Assembly: GCF_009834535.1 (NCBI RefSeq)
Contig: NC_045697.1
Location: 1,924,001-1,988,000 of the forward strand
Source: Camelus ferus
Taxonomy: Eukaryota
Reading direction: 5' to 3'
DNA: 64,000 bases
Shown: positions 27,985-40,742 of the stretch, in pieces
Layout: every line of letters starts with the position of its first letter
Numbering within the stretch: position 1 is the stretch's first letter
Notes under the pieces: generated by a model
Database searches by the model: none
Told to the model about the DNA's origin: nothing
The model's input: the letters and a program-made list of their open reading frames with translations, nothing else
Program-made: the position numbers and the translations under genes

Positions 27985-28370
27985 CGTGATTACATCTGGA
28001 TCCAGGGGACGAATCAACTAGACGGTCACTGTTAAGACAACCGGGTGTGTTGAATGTGAGTCTACACGGCCTGCTGCCCTTGATTATGAGTAGTTCTTAG
28101 GGGGGCACGTGTTGAGGTTTACTCTCATGAGGTGCAGCCCCCCAAATTATGTGTGTGTAGTGTGAGTGTGCACACGTGTAGACTGTGTAGTGCAGCGTGT
28201 GTGCATGTGCACAGAGTATGTGCATGTGTGCGGTGGGGGATTGCGAGCCTGAGCACAAGGGTGGCAGCGTGCTAGTAGTTGAATCTAGGTGAAGACTGTG
28301 TGACTGTTCCTTGAATTATTCTTTCAGCTTTTCTTTTGGTTTGAAAGTTTTCAAAATAAAAGTTAAGGAA
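27985..28370 (+). mobile_element. Old L1 (L1MC/L1ME-like) 3' UTR fragment with a GT-rich low-complexity stretch
   Basis: Ends in attctttcagcttttcttttggtttgaaagttttcaaaataaaagtt, typical of old L1 3' termini; approximate. Confidence 0.5.
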
Positions 28371-28644
28371 AAAAGACCATGGACGAGGGAGATTTAGAGA
28401 GCAGCTCTAGACAATTCTTTAGACGAGTTTTGCTCTAGAGGAAAATAGGACCTGGGAATGGGGACGTGACAGTTTTAGGTGAGAGAACAGGTGGCCTGGC
28501 TGAGCCCTTACAGAAGGTGGTTACCCCAGAGTTGGCGAGAGCAAATGGGTTCTGAGGTGCAGTCGTGGGCTTTATTCTGTTGATTTACTTTCGGCTAGCT
28601 TTTTAGAGTTGAACTTAGGGTTTCTTGAGCTTGTGGGTTCTTAG

Positions 28645-28875
28645 CTCAATCATCACTTCCTCTGGGAAGCCTTCCTGATTGCTCTCTGGTTGGTGAAGTC
28701 TCATTGCCTGCTCTCACACCTGCCTTGGCCTCTCCTCCATGGCATGTGTTGAGGCTGTAATTTGACATCTGTTTGTGTGTGATAATCTGATTAATATCTG
28801 GCTTTCCCTCTACACCACAAGCCCAGCAGGGCTCTCACTGTATTCCTAGCACTCACATGAGTTAGGGACTTAATT
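28645..28875 (+). mobile_element. L2 3'-end fragment
   Basis: agctcaatcatcacttcctctgggaagccttcctga ... atctggctttccctctac ... tcactgtattcctagcac. Confidence 0.65.
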
Positions 28876-28954
28876 GCCCTGGCAGTAGGAACAGCAGTGA
28901 CGTATCAGTGAACATATATCATGTGCTGTCACATGTAGCACGCTGGCACTTCCC

Positions 28955-29085
28955 TGGCACTAAGTGCCAGATGTCCTGAGGGCTTTGCATCTCAGTAACT
29001 CGCTAAGGCCTGCAGCCCTGCGCGTGTGTTACAGACGAGGAAGCCTCTTTTCCCGGAGAAGCAGCTTGCCCAGTGTCACAGGTGA
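28955..29085 (-). mobile_element. MIR-like fragment
   Basis: ttacagacgaggaagcc...gcagcttgcccagtgtcacagg MIR core-like. Confidence 0.5.
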
Positions 29086-29240
29086 ACACGCAGGCATGCG
29101 TGCGGGAGCCCCCAGGTTGATTGTGTCCACCTGTTAGAGCGCACACTGTCGTGTGAGTGTTCCTAGGCTCTGTGTTCTGCTCCAGCGATGATACATGTGT
29201 CTGTTTTGGTTGTCAACACCACACAATTTTTTTGTGTCTG

Positions 29241-30795
29241 TTTTTTAAATTTTTTTATTGAAGCAGTGTTGTGTCAGTTTCTGGTGTACAGCGTGATGTT
29301 TCAGTCATACATATACACACATATATTCGTTTCACATTCTTTTTCATTGAAGGGCATTACAAGATACTGGGCACAGCTCCCTGTGCTGTGCAGTAGGACC
29401 TTGGTGTTATCTATTTTATTTACATGCAGTAGTCAGTGTCTGCAGATCTCGAACTTCCAATATCCCTTCCCACCCCTTTCCCCCCTGGTAACCATGAGTT
29501 TGTTTTCTTTGTCTGTGGGTCTGTTTCTGTTTTGTAAATAAGTGCATTTGTCCCTTTTTCCCCTTAGATTCCACATACAACTGGTATCATGTGGTATCTC
29601 TCTCTCTGGCTGACTTCACTTAGAATGACGATCTCCAGGTCCATCTGTGTTGCTGCAAATGGCATCGTTTTATTCTTTGTAAAACACCATGCAGTTTTGA
29701 TTGCTGTAGCTTTGTAGTGTAGTTTGAAGTCCGGGCGTGTGACACCTCCAGTCGTCTTTCTCAAGATTGCTTTGGTTAATTTGGGATCTTTTGTGGTTGC
29801 ATGTGAATTTTAGAAGTTTTTGTTCAAGTTCTGTGAAAAATGCCACTGGCTTTTGGATAGGGATGGCACTGAATTTGTGGATTGCCTTGGGTAGTGTGGG
29901 CATTTTAACAGTGTTGATTCTTCTGGCCCACGAGCGTGGGGTGTCTCTCCTTCCATGTATGTCGTCTTCACTTTCTGTCGTCAATGTCTTAAGAGTTCTC
30001 ACCGTATCAGTATTTGACCTCCTTGGTTAAATTACTCCTAAGTATTTTATTCTTTTTGACTGGGATTGTTTTCTTTGTTTCTCTTTCTGATGGTTTGTTA
30101 TTAGCGTATAGAAATGCCACAGGTTTCTGTGTGTCCTGTGTGTCCTTGCTGAATTCATTTATTAGAACTAACAGTTTTTTGGTGGCCTCTTGAGGGTTTT
30201 CTGTGTATACCAAGTGTCATGCCATCTGCAATTAGTGAAAGTTACACTTCTTTCTGATTTGATGAATACCTTTTATTTCTTTTTCTTTTACTTTTACTTT
30301 TTTTTTTTTTTTGCCTAATTGCTGTGGCTAGGACTTCTAGTACTATGTTGAATAAAAGTGGTGAGAGTGGGCATCCTTGTTCTGTTTCTGATCTTAGAGG
30401 AAAAGCTTTCAACTCTTCACTGTTGAGTATGACGTAGCTTTGGGCTTGTCATGTGTGGCCTTTCTTATGCTGAGGTGTGTTCTCTGTGTACAGAGAGTTT
30501 TTATCATAAATGGGTGTTGAACTTTATCGGAAGCTTCTTCTGCACCTATTGAGATGATCGTATGTCTTTAACTCCTCGTTCTGTTAGCGTGACGTAGCAC
30601 ACTGATTGATTTGCAGGTGTTGGACCATCCTTGCATCCCTGGAATAAATCCTGCTTGTCGTGGGGTGTGAGCGCTTCTGTGTGCTGTTGACTTTGGTTTG
30701 CTAGTGTCTCGTGGAGGGTTCTTGCATCTGTCTTCATCAAGGATGTTGCACTACAATTTTCTTTTTTTGTGGTGTCTTTGTCTGGTTTTGGTGAT
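29241..30795 (-). mobile_element. L1 (3' UTR plus ORF2 reverse-transcriptase region), antisense, internally deleted, intron 41
   Basis: Minus-strand peptides [76 protein letters not shown] and [21 protein letters not shown]-rich tail at the left end. Confidence 0.92.
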
Positions 30796-31374
30796 GAGTG
30801 TCTCCATTTCCAAAATGAATTACTAGAAGTTTGGAATACAAAGTACAAACCATTGTTTTCTGCTTGTAGACTCAGCAGACACAGAACTGCTCTAGCAAAC
30901 TGTTGCAGAGGTTCTGTGCCCAGCCCAGCACCGCTGGCTCTCAGCTGAGCGCAGGTTCCCAGGCCGCACTCTGGGCAGCGCCGCCCCTGGAAGAGCCCGC
31001 GGCCACCGCAGTGGGGTCTGCTCTTGTCTACGTCTTACTTTTGGGACCCCGTCCTGACAGCTCGTGATTTGCTTTCCGTCTGGCCTACTTTTGTGGACTG
31101 TTGGTCCCTGATGTGCGGCCGTCTTGGACGTGGGAGGTCCGTGTGCTGTCGGTCTGTCCTGCCATCATGGGGGCTTGCCCTGCTCCAGACTGAGAGTTCG
31201 GGTTGACACGGAGCTTCTTGGTGTCCACTGCTGGTGTATGAGTCGCAGATTCTCCCCTTCTCCTTCACAGGCTCTTTTCCCTTATAGCTATGCTGTTCAA
31301 GACACAAAATCACAGCCTGAACGTAAGTCGCACGGGGGCCGGCAGGAGGGCTGACTGAGAAAGGGAGGGTTTTC

Positions 31375-31760
31375 TGTTTGTTAGTTTGTAACTGACCTAT
31401 AATTTACAGTGCAGTATAATGCCCTTTTTTGTACCAAACAGAGTCACATTCCCACCACCACAGCTGAGATTTAGAACAGTACTGTCACTTCAGAAAATTC
31501 CCTGTGTCTCTGTGCGGCACCCCCGCCCTGGCCACCCCGGGTGACCTCTGACCCAAGCCCCGTCCTGATGTCCGGCCGACTGCAGGCGCGGAGTGAACGG
31601 AGTCGTGCGGTGACAGCCTGCGGAGGCTGGTTCTTTCGCTGAGCCCACCGTCTGTGTCGCGCATGTGGGAGGTGGTCCCTTGTGGTTGCTGCAGGGTCTC
31701 CTGGTACAGATGTGCCACAGTTTGCTTATCCACTCACCAGCTGGAAAACAGAGAAATGGT
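31375..31760 (-). mobile_element. Old L1 3' UTR fragment, antisense
   Basis: caccaccacagctgagatttagaacagt...cagaaaattccctgtg...gatgtgccacagtttgcttatccactcaccagctg. Confidence 0.6.
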
Positions 31761-32580
31761 CATTTAAAATTTTTTTGTCTGTAGAATTTTTGTACCAATT
31801 CTTTTCTAAAACCTGAGGCGTTGCAGTTTAAAAACTGACACATCCCCGAGGATTCTTGCCCCGATGTCCTCGCCATGTCCGCTGAGCCCAGCGGAGGTGT
31901 GCAGGTGCCCTGTGCGGAGGGGAGTGTGGTCCTGCTGACCCTGGAGTCACATGGCCTGTTTCCAAGTGTGGCGACTGGTGTTTTAAGGGTATGGCTAGAA
32001 CTGAGAGTCCAATTCCCGTCTCCTTAGAAAGAAAACAAAGTGAGAAGTAAACGTGGAATGTAGGGACCGCCACTAGTGGGGAATTAATTTTGCAGATGCT
32101 TTTAAACAGGGTGTCCATGATGGTGTATACCCTGTGGCATGTTTGGGGTTGAACTCTTTGTTGCTAATGGAGGAGCAAAGCGTGATGGTTTCCTGCTGGT
32201 GCTCGGCGGCTTCGCCCGGCTGGACCCGGGAGCCCGGGAGCAGCGGCCGCGCCCTCAGACCCAGGCAGCGACAGGTCCCAGAGGAGAGCGCCGGTGCCTC
32301 GCTCAGCTTGACGGCAGAGCTGCCTTCTAGACCAGCCTTGTCACTTTCTGCCTGTTGAACCCTCTGCTTTCTTTAGTTTTCTGTATGTGCTTTGTCATGG
32401 CTCAGGAACAGGTAGCTGCGAGTACGTACGTCTGACACACGGCACGCTGCTGTGGCGGTGTTTAAAGGAACTGTCTGCTTGAGAACCGGGACTGGATAGT
32501 AACCGTCTTCAGGGTTTCGAAAGTAAGCCGGCTGCTTTCTTTCTCAGAAACACTGTCCGAGCGTCTGTTGTTCCTTCTAG

Positions 32581-32722
32581 GAGACGCAGTCTGTCCGGCA
32601 CGAAGTCTCTCAGCCCCCCGGTGTCTGGAGAGGAGGAGGATTCCACCTTGGCTTCCAGCCTGGGCGTGTGCAACAGAGAAATTGTGCGGCGGGGAGCCCT
32701 CATCCTCTTCTGCGACTATGTT
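32581..32722 (+). CDS. HTT: HTT exon 42 (142 nt) [21 protein letters not shown]...[10 protein letters not shown]
   Basis: ttctag|G ... GTT|gtgagt. Confidence 0.95.
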
Positions 32723-34150
32723 GTGAGTGGAAACGCGGGTCGTGGCGGGGTTGGGGCTGGAGGCCGCCCTGTGCAGGCAGACTTCTGCAGATGCCTTCCC
32801 CCCGTCAGGACGAGACCAAAGTCAAGGTTGAATCCTTCTGTGATGTACGACCAGCAAGCAGCCTGGGGTTTTTAAGTCTGTCTGTAAAAGGTTCGGCGCT
32901 GTCCCGCTCACGGTGCTGGGCGCGGCTGTCCCCAGGAGGGAGGCTCCGTGTTTGCTGTGCAGGTCTCATTAAAAAATGATTTTAATCTGTGGAAAGGGTG
33001 TTAGATTTCATTGCTGCATTTTAAAACAGATTCCTGTTTGAATGTCGTTCTTTTGTTAAAGAAAATAACTCTACAGGAGATTTTGACCATAAAACTAGCA
33101 TCACTTGTTGAACAGAGAGAATTTACAAAAACTAAGTAAGTAAGTAAGTAGAAGAAGATGAAATCTGTCAGCGTATTACTCAGAGAGGACCTGCTGTTGG
33201 ACTCTCCCAGGGCTTCGCTCCTCGTCCGCGCTGCTGCGAGGGGCATGTTCCTCAGGGTGGGCACGGCGACACGTGCCCGTGTGGCAAGCCAGCGCGCTGT
33301 GGGGCCTCCTGGGTCCCGAGAGAAGAGGCTCCTCTGCCCGCACTGCTTCCTTGCAGACTAGCACCTGCCTAATCCTCGTGTTTTGCTTAAATTCTTGATG
33401 TTGAAATAGTCTTTCTATCTTGTTCCATTTTTGAGGAGTAATTTGGTGTAATTATTTTGTTTTCACAAAAAAGTAAGAAATATATTAATTTTATAGGTTA
33501 ATGCTATCAAATTATCCCACGTGGAAACTATAGGTCATTAACCCGATGTTGAAGAGTTCTTTTTGTTTTACAATTTGCTGCCTAGAAGTTCATTAATCAC
33601 AAGGAAAGGCAACATGTGGATTTAAGATGGATACTTTGTATCTCTTTATACATCTTCCGTGAAATTTCTTCCCTTAAGATCTATTTGTGTTTTGGATTCA
33701 GGAATTCTGTCAGAACCGTGACAGTTACAGGGAATTCTATTTTTCTACTGACCTGTCGCTCGATTGGAGAGAGAGTAATGGGGAAGACCCGTGAGCAGGC
33801 CACGCTGAGGCCAGAGCGATCCTGGAGGGAGCGGGGCCTGCTCGTGGCGTGGCTTGGGCCAGTCACCCTGCCGCCCTTGGGTGGCCCTGGGTCACACTCC
33901 TCTCCGCCTCTGCCCGCTGGCCAGTGTCCCTTGGAGCGGCACTGCCGGGCCGCAGTGCTCGTTGCGGGCGACGGGCCCTGTAGAGTGTGCTCCCGCCCCA
34001 CCGGTTGTCGCTGCTCCGACACTGGGGATTTTCAGGGAGGATTAGTGCGGGGTTGTTTTTCGCTTCCTGCCCTCTGGCCTTTCCTGCGGCATTAGCCTCT
34101 GTTCCCTCCTTGTCACTTGAAAATGGTCTCCCTGTTGCCTTTGTCCGCAG

Positions 34151-34330
34151 TGCCAGAACCTGCATGACTCAGAACACCTGACGTGGCTCATCGTGAACCA
34201 CGTTCAGGACCTGATCACCCTGTCCCACGAGCCCCCCGTGCAGGACTTCATCAGTGCTGTCCACCGGAATTCCGCGGCCAGCGGCCTTTTCATCCAGGCC
34301 ATTCAGTCTCGCTGTGAAAATCTTTCAACT
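34151..34330 (+). CDS. HTT: HTT exon 43 (180 nt) [20 protein letters not shown]...SRCENLST
   Basis: ccgcag|TGC ... ACT|gtaagt. Confidence 0.96.
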
Positions 34331-34456
34331 GTAAGTCTTCCTGGTGCCCGCTGTTGTGCGTTTTCTCTGCCTTACAAGTGGGGTGTTAGCGTTGTTAACC
34401 ACTCCCTTCCAGGTGGCAAAATACTCCGCCTTTCCTTTCCTTCCCCCCAACCCCAG

Positions 34457-34633
34457 CCCACTGCTCTGAAGAAGACCCTCCAGTGCCTGGAGGGGATCCA
34501 CCTGAGCCAGTCGGGCGCCGTGCTGACACTGTACGTGGACAAGCTCCTGTGCACCCCGCTCCGTGTGCTGGCTCGCATGGTCGACACCCTTGCTTGTCGC
34601 CGGGTAGAGATGCTTTTGGCTGCAAATTTACAG
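34457..34633 (+). CDS. HTT: HTT exon 44 (177 nt) [20 protein letters not shown]...MLLAANLQ
   Basis: ccccag|CCC ... CAG|gtactg. Confidence 0.96.
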
Positions 34634-34899
34634 GTACTGAAAGAAACAATGATGTTGGTTTTTATTGCAGACTTAGCTGGGCGAGCAAACCACTGACCGG
34701 TTCTTGCTCTAAGTGGCCACTGAAGGGAACGTATAAGCTGGTCCTTCCTGTGTGTCTGATACGAGTGCTGCTTGCCTTCCTTCTGGCCTGCCTTTGCTGT
34801 GATAAACTGTACACGTCCCATTTTCTTTTTTAAATGAGCACAAGCTTACTTGATTTGTTGCATGTTACAACCCCACTGACGTGTTCTTGTCTCCTTCAG

Positions 34900-34976
34900 A
34901 GCAGCACAGCCCAGGTGCCAGTGGAAGAACTAAACAGAATGCAGGAGCACCTTCAGAGCAGCGGGCTAGCTCAGAG
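34900..34976 (+). CDS. HTT: HTT exon 45 (77 nt) [26 protein letters not shown]
   Basis: cttcag|AGC ... AG|gtaatg. Confidence 0.94.
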
Positions 34977-36170
34977 GTAATGCTGGGACCAGGCGCTCCT
35001 TGCTTTTGGTTGTAACGACTACAGTTTGTGAGGGAGCAGACTCAGGACGAGAGGCCGGCGTGCTTATAGATGGGCTTGCTGCAGGGAGGCCTTAACAGAG
35101 AGCCGTTTCAATTGGGGGAAAAAACGAAACAGATCTTGCTTTATAAAAGGGAAGAGCAGCTGGCAGTGTCACCTCTACGGCATTCTCACCGCCGCGCTCG
35201 TGCTTCTGTGGGCCTCCAGGGGTGGCGGGTGTCCTGTCGCCTCTGCTCACCATCTGTGACGACTGGGACTGAGTTCTCAGCTGCATCTTTGCAGAGTCAA
35301 AGCCTACAGTCTGACTGCTAACGAAGACTTGAAAGCTGAAAGGCGCGAGAGTAGTTTCTGCATCTTGTTAAAATTTTGTCTCCTTATAGCTGTTTATCAC
35401 CCAGTTCTGTTTGCAAAGTCTTTTAGAGGCTTTATCAGAAATCTTGGCATCTGTTACCTGAGGATGTTTCCATGACTACAAAATAAATTGGGAGAGGCTT
35501 TGACCTTATTTCCGCCACGAGGGGGGAGGGTATGAGAGAGAATCTAGTGACCGTGCTGTGACTCCAGTCTCACGAGGAGCTGTTGGTGGTGTCTGCCTGG
35601 GGAGGGGCTGCACCCGGCGCAGCGCGTGCTCAGAGGTGGCTTGTCCGTTGCCCGGCGGGTGATGCTGGGATTTGCGTTACGACGCAGTCGCTCCCATAGC
35701 AGGTGGGGGGGGGGGGTCAGACTTGGTTGTTTTTGACCCTAGACTTAGTATCCAGCCCAGATGAGGAAGGTTATCAATGTCTTGTGCCAGATGAGGTGAC
35801 TCTTGTATGAAGTGGATGTGAATTGCTGTAAACTGTGTATTGCTGGGAGAGTAAATAGGCTTTGTGCACTTGGATGCTCGGTGATCTGTTTTGTGTTTGT
35901 AACAAGTGCTTTTGTCAGCTGTTATACCAGGTGTTTCCTGTTGCAATGTTTGAGTGTAAGTGAAATTTCTGAAAAACATTTGTGGGACTTAAAACTGTGT
36001 TTATTACATGTAAACTAGGGCCTGAATTTGGATCATGACTTGTTTGAGTGTCCTTGAGAAATAGCTCTGAACAGAAAGTCTCACATGTGTCGCACCTGCT
36101 ATAAGAAGCCCCTGTGACTTCCTCCTGTGCGGCGGGCAGTGTGCTGACCCCACGTGTGATTGGCTTCCAG

Positions 36171-36309
36171 GCACCAGCGGCTCTACTCCCTGCTGGACAG
36201 GCTCCGTCTCGCCACCGCGCCAGGGTCGCGTGGCCCCGCTCCTCTGGCCACACCCCACCCGCTGGACGGGGATGGGCCCCTGGTGCTGGAGACAGTGATT
36301 CCAGACAAG
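36171..36309 (+). CDS. HTT: HTT exon 46 (139 nt) [46 protein letters not shown]
   Basis: ttccag|G ... AAG|gtaagt. Confidence 0.95.
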
Positions 36310-37278
36310 GTAAGTATCCAGCAGGTCTGCAGGTGACACACAGGGCCCCCTCCAGGCACCGAGTACCTCTGTCGTCCAGCGGCCGGGGACGGGGTGGAGG
36401 TGCTCCGTGTGGCCCCCAAGGGTGTCCGCCTGCCTGGTTCTTGCCAGCCGTGGAGAGAGTCAGCGACAGGGTCTGTGAGGTCCAGCCCAGGTCATTAGCT
36501 GGGGGCACGGGGTGAGAAGGGAAGCGCTGACTTGGGTCATTAGCGGGGCTGAGGGTCAAGGTAATTAATAAAGAATTGGGAGATGGGGGAGACGGGTGGC
36601 CGTGGCCTGCACTCACGCCTGCGCAGCCTGCTAGCACGGCCCACCTGGCCTGTCTCCCTGTTTACGCCTGTGACCTCCTGTACGTTGACCCCACCTCCCC
36701 AAGGGACTGATACCTCATCCCCTCAGCCCTCACACCTCCGAGCTGGGGACCACCTGGGGCCTGGAGAGAGTTCGGTTTGGATATGAACTTGAATTTCAAA
36801 ACCCAGCAGCCCAGGCGGAGCTCAGCGCAGTCCAGGCCCCTGTCCTCAGGCTGGGTTGCTCCGTGCTTCTGCTGCTCTGGGCCCGGGGGCGGGGCGGCAG
36901 AGCAGACCTCTGGTGGAAGATGATCAGCACGGTGCTCAGCACGGAGGACGGAGAGTGAGGGCACAGACAGGAGGGCCCGCTGCCCTGAGTGCTTTACTGT
37001 TTTGAGGGGCAGGTGTGAGGAGAAAGGCTGTCCAGACAGGTGATGGTGAGTCCCGAGATGCAGCCTCCGTGGCAGGCATCACTTCCCGTGGAAAAGGCCC
37101 GTGGTGTGGAGAACAGCCTGCACGGCTGGAGTCCAGTTTGACCGAAGCTGTGGTCATAGTCCTGGGGCCGCCGCAGGGCGCGGGGGTCAGTCGGTGAAGA
37201 ACAGTGCATGTCCAGTAGCGTTGCAGCCCTTGAAAGCCCTGCCCTGTTGCGTCTGTCACCCCCCTCCTCTTTCTCCAG

Positions 37279-37401
37279 GACTGGTACATACGTCTGGTTA
37301 GGTCACAGTGCTGGACACGGTCGGACTCTGCACTGCTGGAAGGGGCAGAGCTGGTGAATCGGATCCCGCCCAGCGACCTGAACGCGTTCATGATGCACAC
37401 G
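37279..37401 (+). CDS. HTT: HTT exon 47 (123 nt) [41 protein letters not shown]
   Basis: ctccag|GAC ... ACG|gtatgg. Confidence 0.95.
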
Positions 37402-38953
37402 GTATGGCGGGGGGCGGGGGTCGCTGGCTTTCTCTCGCTGGGTACGTGGGTCTGACCCCTCCCGCTGTCCGGTGACCTGCGTGCACCGTGCACCATGCAC
37501 CATGCACCTCGCCGCCTCAGCACAGAGACCCTCGTCCAGGGCTGTGACCCGAAAGCACGTGTCACTTCCCACATCAGAGTCCAAAGGAGGAGTTGTGTTT
37601 AATTCAGCTTCCCAGGCCCTCAAAGAAGATAGGTTCCCGTGGGTCATGATGAGTTCCAGTTGCTTGTCCTGTGCTCGTGAGGAAGGGTGTCGGGCTGGTG
37701 CCAAAGCATGTGGTCTGACTGACTCGTGATGGCCTGGTCTTGGCCGTGAAGTTGCCCTTCAGTACCCCTCTGCCTGTGGTAGCAGGGTCCCCCCACCCCC
37801 TCACTAGGTGTCGCACAGGCGTGCTGCGCAGAGCGCCTGTACCCTGTCCCCACTCCTGTGGCAGGTCCTCTGGGGGTGGCCCCCCTCGTGGCAGCACCTA
37901 GCCACAGCCTTAGCTTGTCCCTTCTCCGACCTCCGGGGGAGTGGTCGATGAACCCTTAGGTGGTGGTGTGCTGCCTTGAGATGGACCAAGCGGGAGTGAA
38001 GCGAGGGCTGGGGGGGCAGCAGGGTGCAGGCAGGGGGCAGTGGAGAATGGGCCAGGCATGGCAGGGGCTTGGGGCACAGGCCACACAGCCACGCCTCCCC
38101 AAGTCCCCTTCCTCCATCACCGTGAAATAAAAGCTGCCTTGAGAAGACAGGAGAATCGGCCCAAAACCAGTTTGCTGACCATTTTAAACAGCCATGCAGT
38201 GAAATCTGGTTTGCTGAATGATCAATTTACTTAATAACCAGTTTATTGAATTTTTCAAATTTGCTAGTTGGACATTTAACAGCTTTGAGGAAAAGCTTGG
38301 CTGTGGCGGCTGTGACGGAGGGTTCCGTTGTGGTTGCCGACAATGACACACACAGCTCTGAATAGTAACTGAATTACGATTAATATTCTACATGATAATT
38401 GGCCCAAAAAAACCTTTTTTTCCCAAAAAAAAAATCTTTAAAGGACTTTCTAAAAAAAAGTCAAAGAACAGTACAGATTGAAACGTTATCACGTGCGATG
38501 CCATTTTTACGATCAGACCTGTGGCGTTTATCTGGCGACTTTGATTTATTTCAGCTGCTTTTGAACATGACTTACCTTTTTCAAACCTTGGGCACACTGG
38601 CTGTTTCACTGATTTCTTGGATAGCACATCAGCTTGATTTTGTATTTTTATCAATTAAAATATCTTCATATTAAATTTTTGATTTCAAATAAATCTGAAG
38701 GCATAAACAATTAAAATATTTCTTTAAAATTAAAGTACTTGAATGATACCAGAAATCTGCTTCCCTGATCATATGTTACATGGAGCTGCTCGTTTGCTTA
38801 TAACAGAAGTAGAATCAGGTATTCTTTAAAATACTTTGTGTGCCCTGACCTGTCGTCTTGGAAGCGTCTGCACTGCCCCCGTCTGTCGTGTCTCTTGTGC
38901 CTGACGGAGAGCCTGTGTGCTAGTCGTTGGTGAACCTTACTGCCCTGATGCAG

Positions 38954-39167
38954 GAGTTCAACCTGAGCTTGCTGGCCCCGTGCTTGGGCCTGGGCGTGCG
39001 CGAGGTCCGTGGAGGCCAGAAGAGCCCCCTGTTTGAAGCGGCCCGCATGGCGACACTAGACCGTGTGACAGGTGTGGTCCAGCAGCTCCCCGACACCCAC
39101 CAGGTTTTCCAGCCCTTTCTGCCCGTGGAGCCCACCACCTACTGGAGCAAGCTGGATGATCTCTTTG
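38954..39167 (+). CDS. HTT: HTT exon 48 (214 nt) [14 protein letters not shown]...[10 protein letters not shown]
   Basis: atgcag|GAG ... TTTG|gtaatt. Confidence 0.95.
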
Positions 39168-39458
39168 GTAATTAAAGTAAACACTTGTCTAATTTTATAA
39201 AAATGCTGCAGGGCCAGTGCCATGCTTTGCACCGAGTGAAAACAGTGACCGCTGTTGATCTAACACATGGTCGGTGTTTCCAGAGGTCACTGGGCCCGGC
39301 GCTGGGCCGCAGTTCTGCGTGTCCTCCGGCGCGGGGGCCACTGTGTCCCTCCTCCACGGAGCCCATGGGGAGCGCAGGCCGGGCCTCGGGAACACGGGTC
39401 CTGTGTGGCGGGCGTTCTCCTGAGAGGGCATGCCAACCCACTGAGGCTTGTGTTTCAG

Positions 39459-39604
39459 GGGACGCCACGCTGTACCGGTCCCTGACCACGCTGGCCCGGG
39501 CCCTGGCCCAGTTCCTGCTGCTCTTCCCCAAGCTGCCTGGACACTTGCACCTTCCTCCTGAGAAGGAGCATGACACCGTGAAGTTTGTGGTCGTGACTCT
39601 CGAG
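39459..39604 (+). CDS. HTT: HTT exon 49 (146 nt) [18 protein letters not shown]...KFVVVTLE
   Basis: tttcag|GG ... GAG|gtgaga. Confidence 0.95.
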
Positions 39605-40314
39605 GTGAGAGGCAGCTGCATGGAAGGAGGGGTGGCAGGAAGGCTCTCCCGTCTGGAGTCTGGAGGGTGGGGGGTGTCGGGCGGGGGGGGCTCAGGCCGG
39701 GAGAAGCACAGTGGTGGTGAGATGAGTACAGACCTTTTGGGGTCTTTGAATACAGGGCACTGCCAACGTGTGAATCTGTTTCCTCGATGCTGGGATGCGT
39801 TTGATTTCAGCGCAGACCATCCATTTAAAATCGTTTCCAGGGGAAGAAGCAGCGCAAACATAACGTTGATCCTGGTTTTAAGATACTTAAAAATAGTAAT
39901 CTGAGAAATTTACTGTATTTTAAATTGAGCAATTAACCTGACATTTCAGCTGTGGGGAATTGAATACTGTGTTAACGCTTGTAAACACCCCAGACGTGTG
40001 TACATATTGTGGGTCTGTTGCCTTTTCTTGTGACTTCTGGAAAAGAGGGTCTGGCCTGCATCCTGGGGGGGCAGAGGACACGGCTGACCCAGTCCTGACT
40101 GCGCCTGCCCCTACACAGCAGAGAGGGAGGGGGTCGGGGGCATTCGCACAGGCGTCCACGCAAGTGCCTGCTTGCACCAGGCCGAGCCAGAGAGCAGCGC
40201 AGCGGGACGCTGCAGCAGGTGTACGGTTACAGGACAGAGGGACCGCTGCGTGCGGGGTGAAGCCCTATCCCTGCGTCTTCTGTTGGGGTCTCACTCCAGC
40301 CCCGGGAGGCAGGC

Positions 40315-40425
40315 TGTTCCCACTTCACAGATGAGGGAAGCGGGGCTCAGAGAGGTTCAACAACTTCCCAGGTTCACCCACTGGGAAGTAGCCCGTTGGC
40401 ACCTGAACCCCAGCCTGCTGTCTCT
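40315..40425 (-). mobile_element. MIR core fragment
   Basis: cccacttcacagatgagggaagcggggctcagagaggttcaacaacttcccaggttcacc...tgaaccc. Confidence 0.75.
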
Positions 40426-40742
40426 GTGGCAGAGGCTGGGCCCTGGCCTGGGGGCCGAGGGAGAGCCTGATCCACAGGCCTAGCGGCCAGGGGAGGGTGG
40501 CTGAGGGAGCCCACAGAGCTGCAGGAGGGGGTCGGCCAGATTGGGGTGGCTGTTCTGCGGGGTGGAGACTCTTAGGGAGCCAGGGGTCAGGGTTGAACTG
40601 AAGAGGGACGGTGGCTGAGAGAGCCATCCCTCTGGAAGAGCAGGTACTGCTGGCCTCTCGAACTGTGGCCCGTTCCCGGACGGCCCCTGGGTCCAGAGAG
40701 AGGTGTGAGCCAAGCCTTCGTTAACAGGCCCTCCCCCCACAG

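Noticed and set aside
30271..30331. Long T-rich tract followed by an AG inside the antisense L1 (cryptic acceptor candidate)
   Set aside because: Expanded L1 A-rich stretch; no convincing downstream donor or exon could be identified.
35521..35533. GGGGGGAGGGTAT matching the start of the camelid SINE
   Set aside because: Similarity stops after 13 nt; no B box or tail.
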